A stretch of DNA of 64,000 nt from Sedimentisphaerales bacterium (GTDB lineage Bacteria; Planctomycetota; Phycisphaerae; Sedimentisphaerales; SM23-30). Below, in pieces: positions 61,873 through 64,000 of the stretch (within the stretch, counting starts at the first letter, position 1; every line of letters begins with the position of its first letter). The notes under the pieces are model-generated. The model was not told the DNA's origin. It did no database searches and worked only from the letters and a program-made list of their open reading frames with translations. The stretch is from assembly GCA_963666285.1 (NCBI GenBank), contig OY762711.1; one strand, 5' to 3'. The translations under genes and the position numbers were made by a program.

Positions 61873-62627
61873 TATTCACTATCTGCCTGGGCTTTTACAA
61901 ATTCATCTATTACTTCAACTACATTGGTATGCCCGTTATTAGCGGCAAAGTTTCTGGCGGTATCACCGTCAATATCTGCCACTTTCCAGTCTGCATTATT
62001 CTCCAACAGCAGTTTAACTACCTCGGCCTGACCCTCGGCAGCTGCAAACATCAGGGCTGTAAAATGCTCATCATTATCAGCAATATTTATATTTGCCCCG
62101 GCATCAAGCAACAATTTAACTGCAGAGACATTTGGACCACTGGCACAATATATCAAAGCTGTTCGCCCGGAAATATCCTGGGCATCTAAAGGGCACCCTT
62201 TTTTAATTAGCAGCTCCATAAGTTCACTATGACCGTCAAAAGCCGCCAGCATCAAAAGAGTAGATTTACTATCCGGAACTTGTGTATTTATATCAAGTCC
62301 TCCATCCAATGCCGCCTTGACAGTCGCAACATCTCCTTTAAAGCATGCTTCAAATATCGCCATCTCATCAGGAACGGTAACTTTGGTGTCAGGTTTAACC
62401 ATTTGAACTGTTTCAGGTACCGGCTGTTGTTCAACCTGCTCAACAGATACTTCTTCAGCAGGCTCTTCGCCAGCAACATCTATTTTGTCACTATCCTTTT
62501 GCACCTGAACACCAGCAGGTGCAGCTTTTACAGAATCGGCTTCTTCTTGTTCATCTTTACACCCATTGATAAATATTACTAATGCCAAGCAAAGAAAAGT
62601 TTTAGTTATTTTCACAAAAAACTCCAA
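61872..62627 (-). CDS. Ankyrin-repeat lipoprotein
   Basis: Lipobox INGC; TLLMLAA, TALIY and TALMFAA ankyrin repeats. Confidence 0.88.
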   Translation of the reverse strand: MEFFVKITKTFLCLALVIFINGCKDEQEEADSVKAAPAGVQVQKDSDKIDVAGEEPAEEVSVEQVEQQPVPETVQMVKPDTKVTVPDEMAIFEACFKGDVATVKAALDGGLDINTQVPDSKSTLLMLAAFDGHSELMELLIKKGCPLDAQDISGRTALIYCASGPNVSAVKLLLDAGANINIADNDEHFTALMFAAAEGQAEVVKLLLENNADWKVADIDGDTARNFAANNGHTNVVEVIDEFVKAQADSE

Positions 62628-62654
62628 AATTTATCTTGTTATTCTTACAGCCAA

Positions 62655-64000
62655 CTATGCGTTCAGCATGTCAGCCAACGCTCTATAATCCTGTTTGCCA
62701 CTGCCCAGCAGCGGCATATCATCAACCTTTCTTATCTCTCGGATATTATGAAGACCTGATAAACCACTATCGCGTATGGCGGTATTAACCTGCTCTCGAT
62801 CTATTTCAATAGTAGTAAATAGTAGAAGCTCAGGGTTTTCGTCAAGATTCGAAGGTAAAACGGCAAAAACCGGGCCTTCTTCAGACATCTCAGATGTAAC
62901 AAATGCCTTATTCAATACTTCTTCAATCGCGGGCAGCGAAATCATTTCACCGCCAAGTTTTACAAATCGCTTGAGCCGACCGGCAAAAGTCAATATTCTA
63001 TCACTATCTTCGATTACCAGGTCGCCGGTATTGTACCACATCTTGCCATCATATTCAACAAATGGCGAACCACCATCGTATTTAAGATAGCCATGAAATA
63101 CGTTTTCGCCGCGCACCAGCAGTAGCCCCCTCTTACCTTGCTCAATGACAGTAAACGAATCAGGATCGACAATCACATATTGCATACAGCTGATTATCTT
63201 ACCGATTGTCTCTCGTTTTGGGTTATCATATGGATTAACGGAAACCCCTGGCGAACATTCTGTTATGCCGTATGCTTCCTGGACTGTTGCATCAGGACAG
63301 GCTTTCTCTAAAGCATCATATACATGCGGCTGGCATTTTTCAGCGCCTGTTATTATCGTTTTTATTGATGAGACCGCACCCGGGGCTGCTGCACGGACAA
63401 TACCGTTCAAAAATGTCGGCGTGCCCAACATGAATGTCGCCTTGTAGTGATTCACAGTCCTGGCAAGAACCCCGCCTTCATTGGGGTTCGGTGAATATAC
63501 TGCTCGAATACCTAAAACAGTCGGCACCACAATTAAACCGAGAAGGCCAAATGAATGAAACGGGGGCAAAATACCAAGCATAACTTCATTTTCACCAAAA
63601 TTAAAATATTCCAGCAGCGAATCTATATTTGCCATCAGGTTTCTATGCGTCAAAGGTACTGCCTTGGGAATATTCTCCGAGCCGCTGGTAAATAATACAA
63701 CCGCAGTCTCATCAGGCACTGCCTTATCCAGCTCAGCCCAGCAAACCTTAGACTTAATCTTAGCCCATATCTTTTTGGCAAGACTAATATTTTTACCAAT
63801 ATCTTCCAGGCAGCAGAATTTATCATCTATGCTATCGAGCTGAACTCCCTGCCCTTTTAACTTTTCCAAAAGCAGCTTTGATGTCAGAATAGAAGAAACC
63901 TCTAATTTATCCATCAAAACCTTCAGGTTTTTCCTGCCTTGAGTCCAGTTAACCATAACCGGTATTTTACCGGCAAATAAAATCGCCAGATACAGCACCG
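62655..64000 (-). CDS. AMP-binding acyl-ACP synthetase (Aas-like), 5' part outside the window
   Basis: FTSGSENIPK, YGITE, TGD, GRLKRFVKLGGEM, GSGK. Confidence 0.88.
   Translation of the reverse strand, partial: VLYLAILFAGKIPVMVNWTQGRKNLKVLMDKLEVSSILTSKLLLEKLKGQGVQLDSIDDKFCCLEDIGKNISLAKKIWAKIKSKVCWAELDKAVPDETAVVLFTSGSENIPKAVPLTHRNLMANIDSLLEYFNFGENEVMLGILPPFHSFGLLGLIVVPTVLGIRAVYSPNPNEGGVLARTVNHYKATFMLGTPTFLNGIVRAAAPGAVSSIKTIITGAEKCQPHVYDALEKACPDATVQEAYGITECSPGVSVNPYDNPKRETIGKIISCMQYVIVDPDSFTVIEQGKRGLLLVRGENVFHGYLKYDGGSPFVEYDGKMWYNTGDLVIEDSDRILTFAGRLKRFVKLGGEMISLPAIEEVLNKAFVTSEMSEEGPVFAVLPSNLDENPELLLFTTIEIDREQVNTAIRDSGLSGLHNIREIRKVDDMPLLGSGKQDYRALADMLNA

Overview
AT-rich bacterial chromosomal window, very probably from Planctomycetota (Phycisphaerae-like). 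This inference rests on the LEPR-XLL leader, the DUF1559-like prepilin, and a LamG/Ig protein with a dockerin-like tail. The left end (1-~8000) is accessory DNA: the distal part of a type I R-M defence island (hsdR, M48 peptidase, a frameshifted nucleotidyl-cyclase-like gene, a DUF4268 nuclease-like gene) ending at a tRNA 3'-end duplication (att-like). It is followed by a chimeric IS pseudogene, tRNA-Arg(TCT), a truncated group IIC intron and another IS remnant. The middle is mostly housekeeping: hisD, an orphan secretin, prfB with its programmed +1 frameshift, a divergent aroC, a ppx-ppk1-aquaporin operon, a radical SAM gene coupled to thyX, a large surface protein, rnpB, kdsD and sdaA. At 41.5-54.5 kb lies a co-oriented carbohydrate locus (prepilin-like, LamG, GH51-like, a non-PFL glycyl radical enzyme, sugar ABC transporter, activase) headed by twin palindromic operators. 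The right end holds ribE, tRNA-Phe, purE, tatD-diadenylate cyclase, HDOD, neuC, an ankyrin lipoprotein and a truncated Aas-like ligase. An unexplained bipartite intergenic repeat recurs at about 7.9, 33.8 and 59.5 kb, with short pieces at 48.4 and 51.2 kb. All calls come from reading motifs by eye; no database searches were run.
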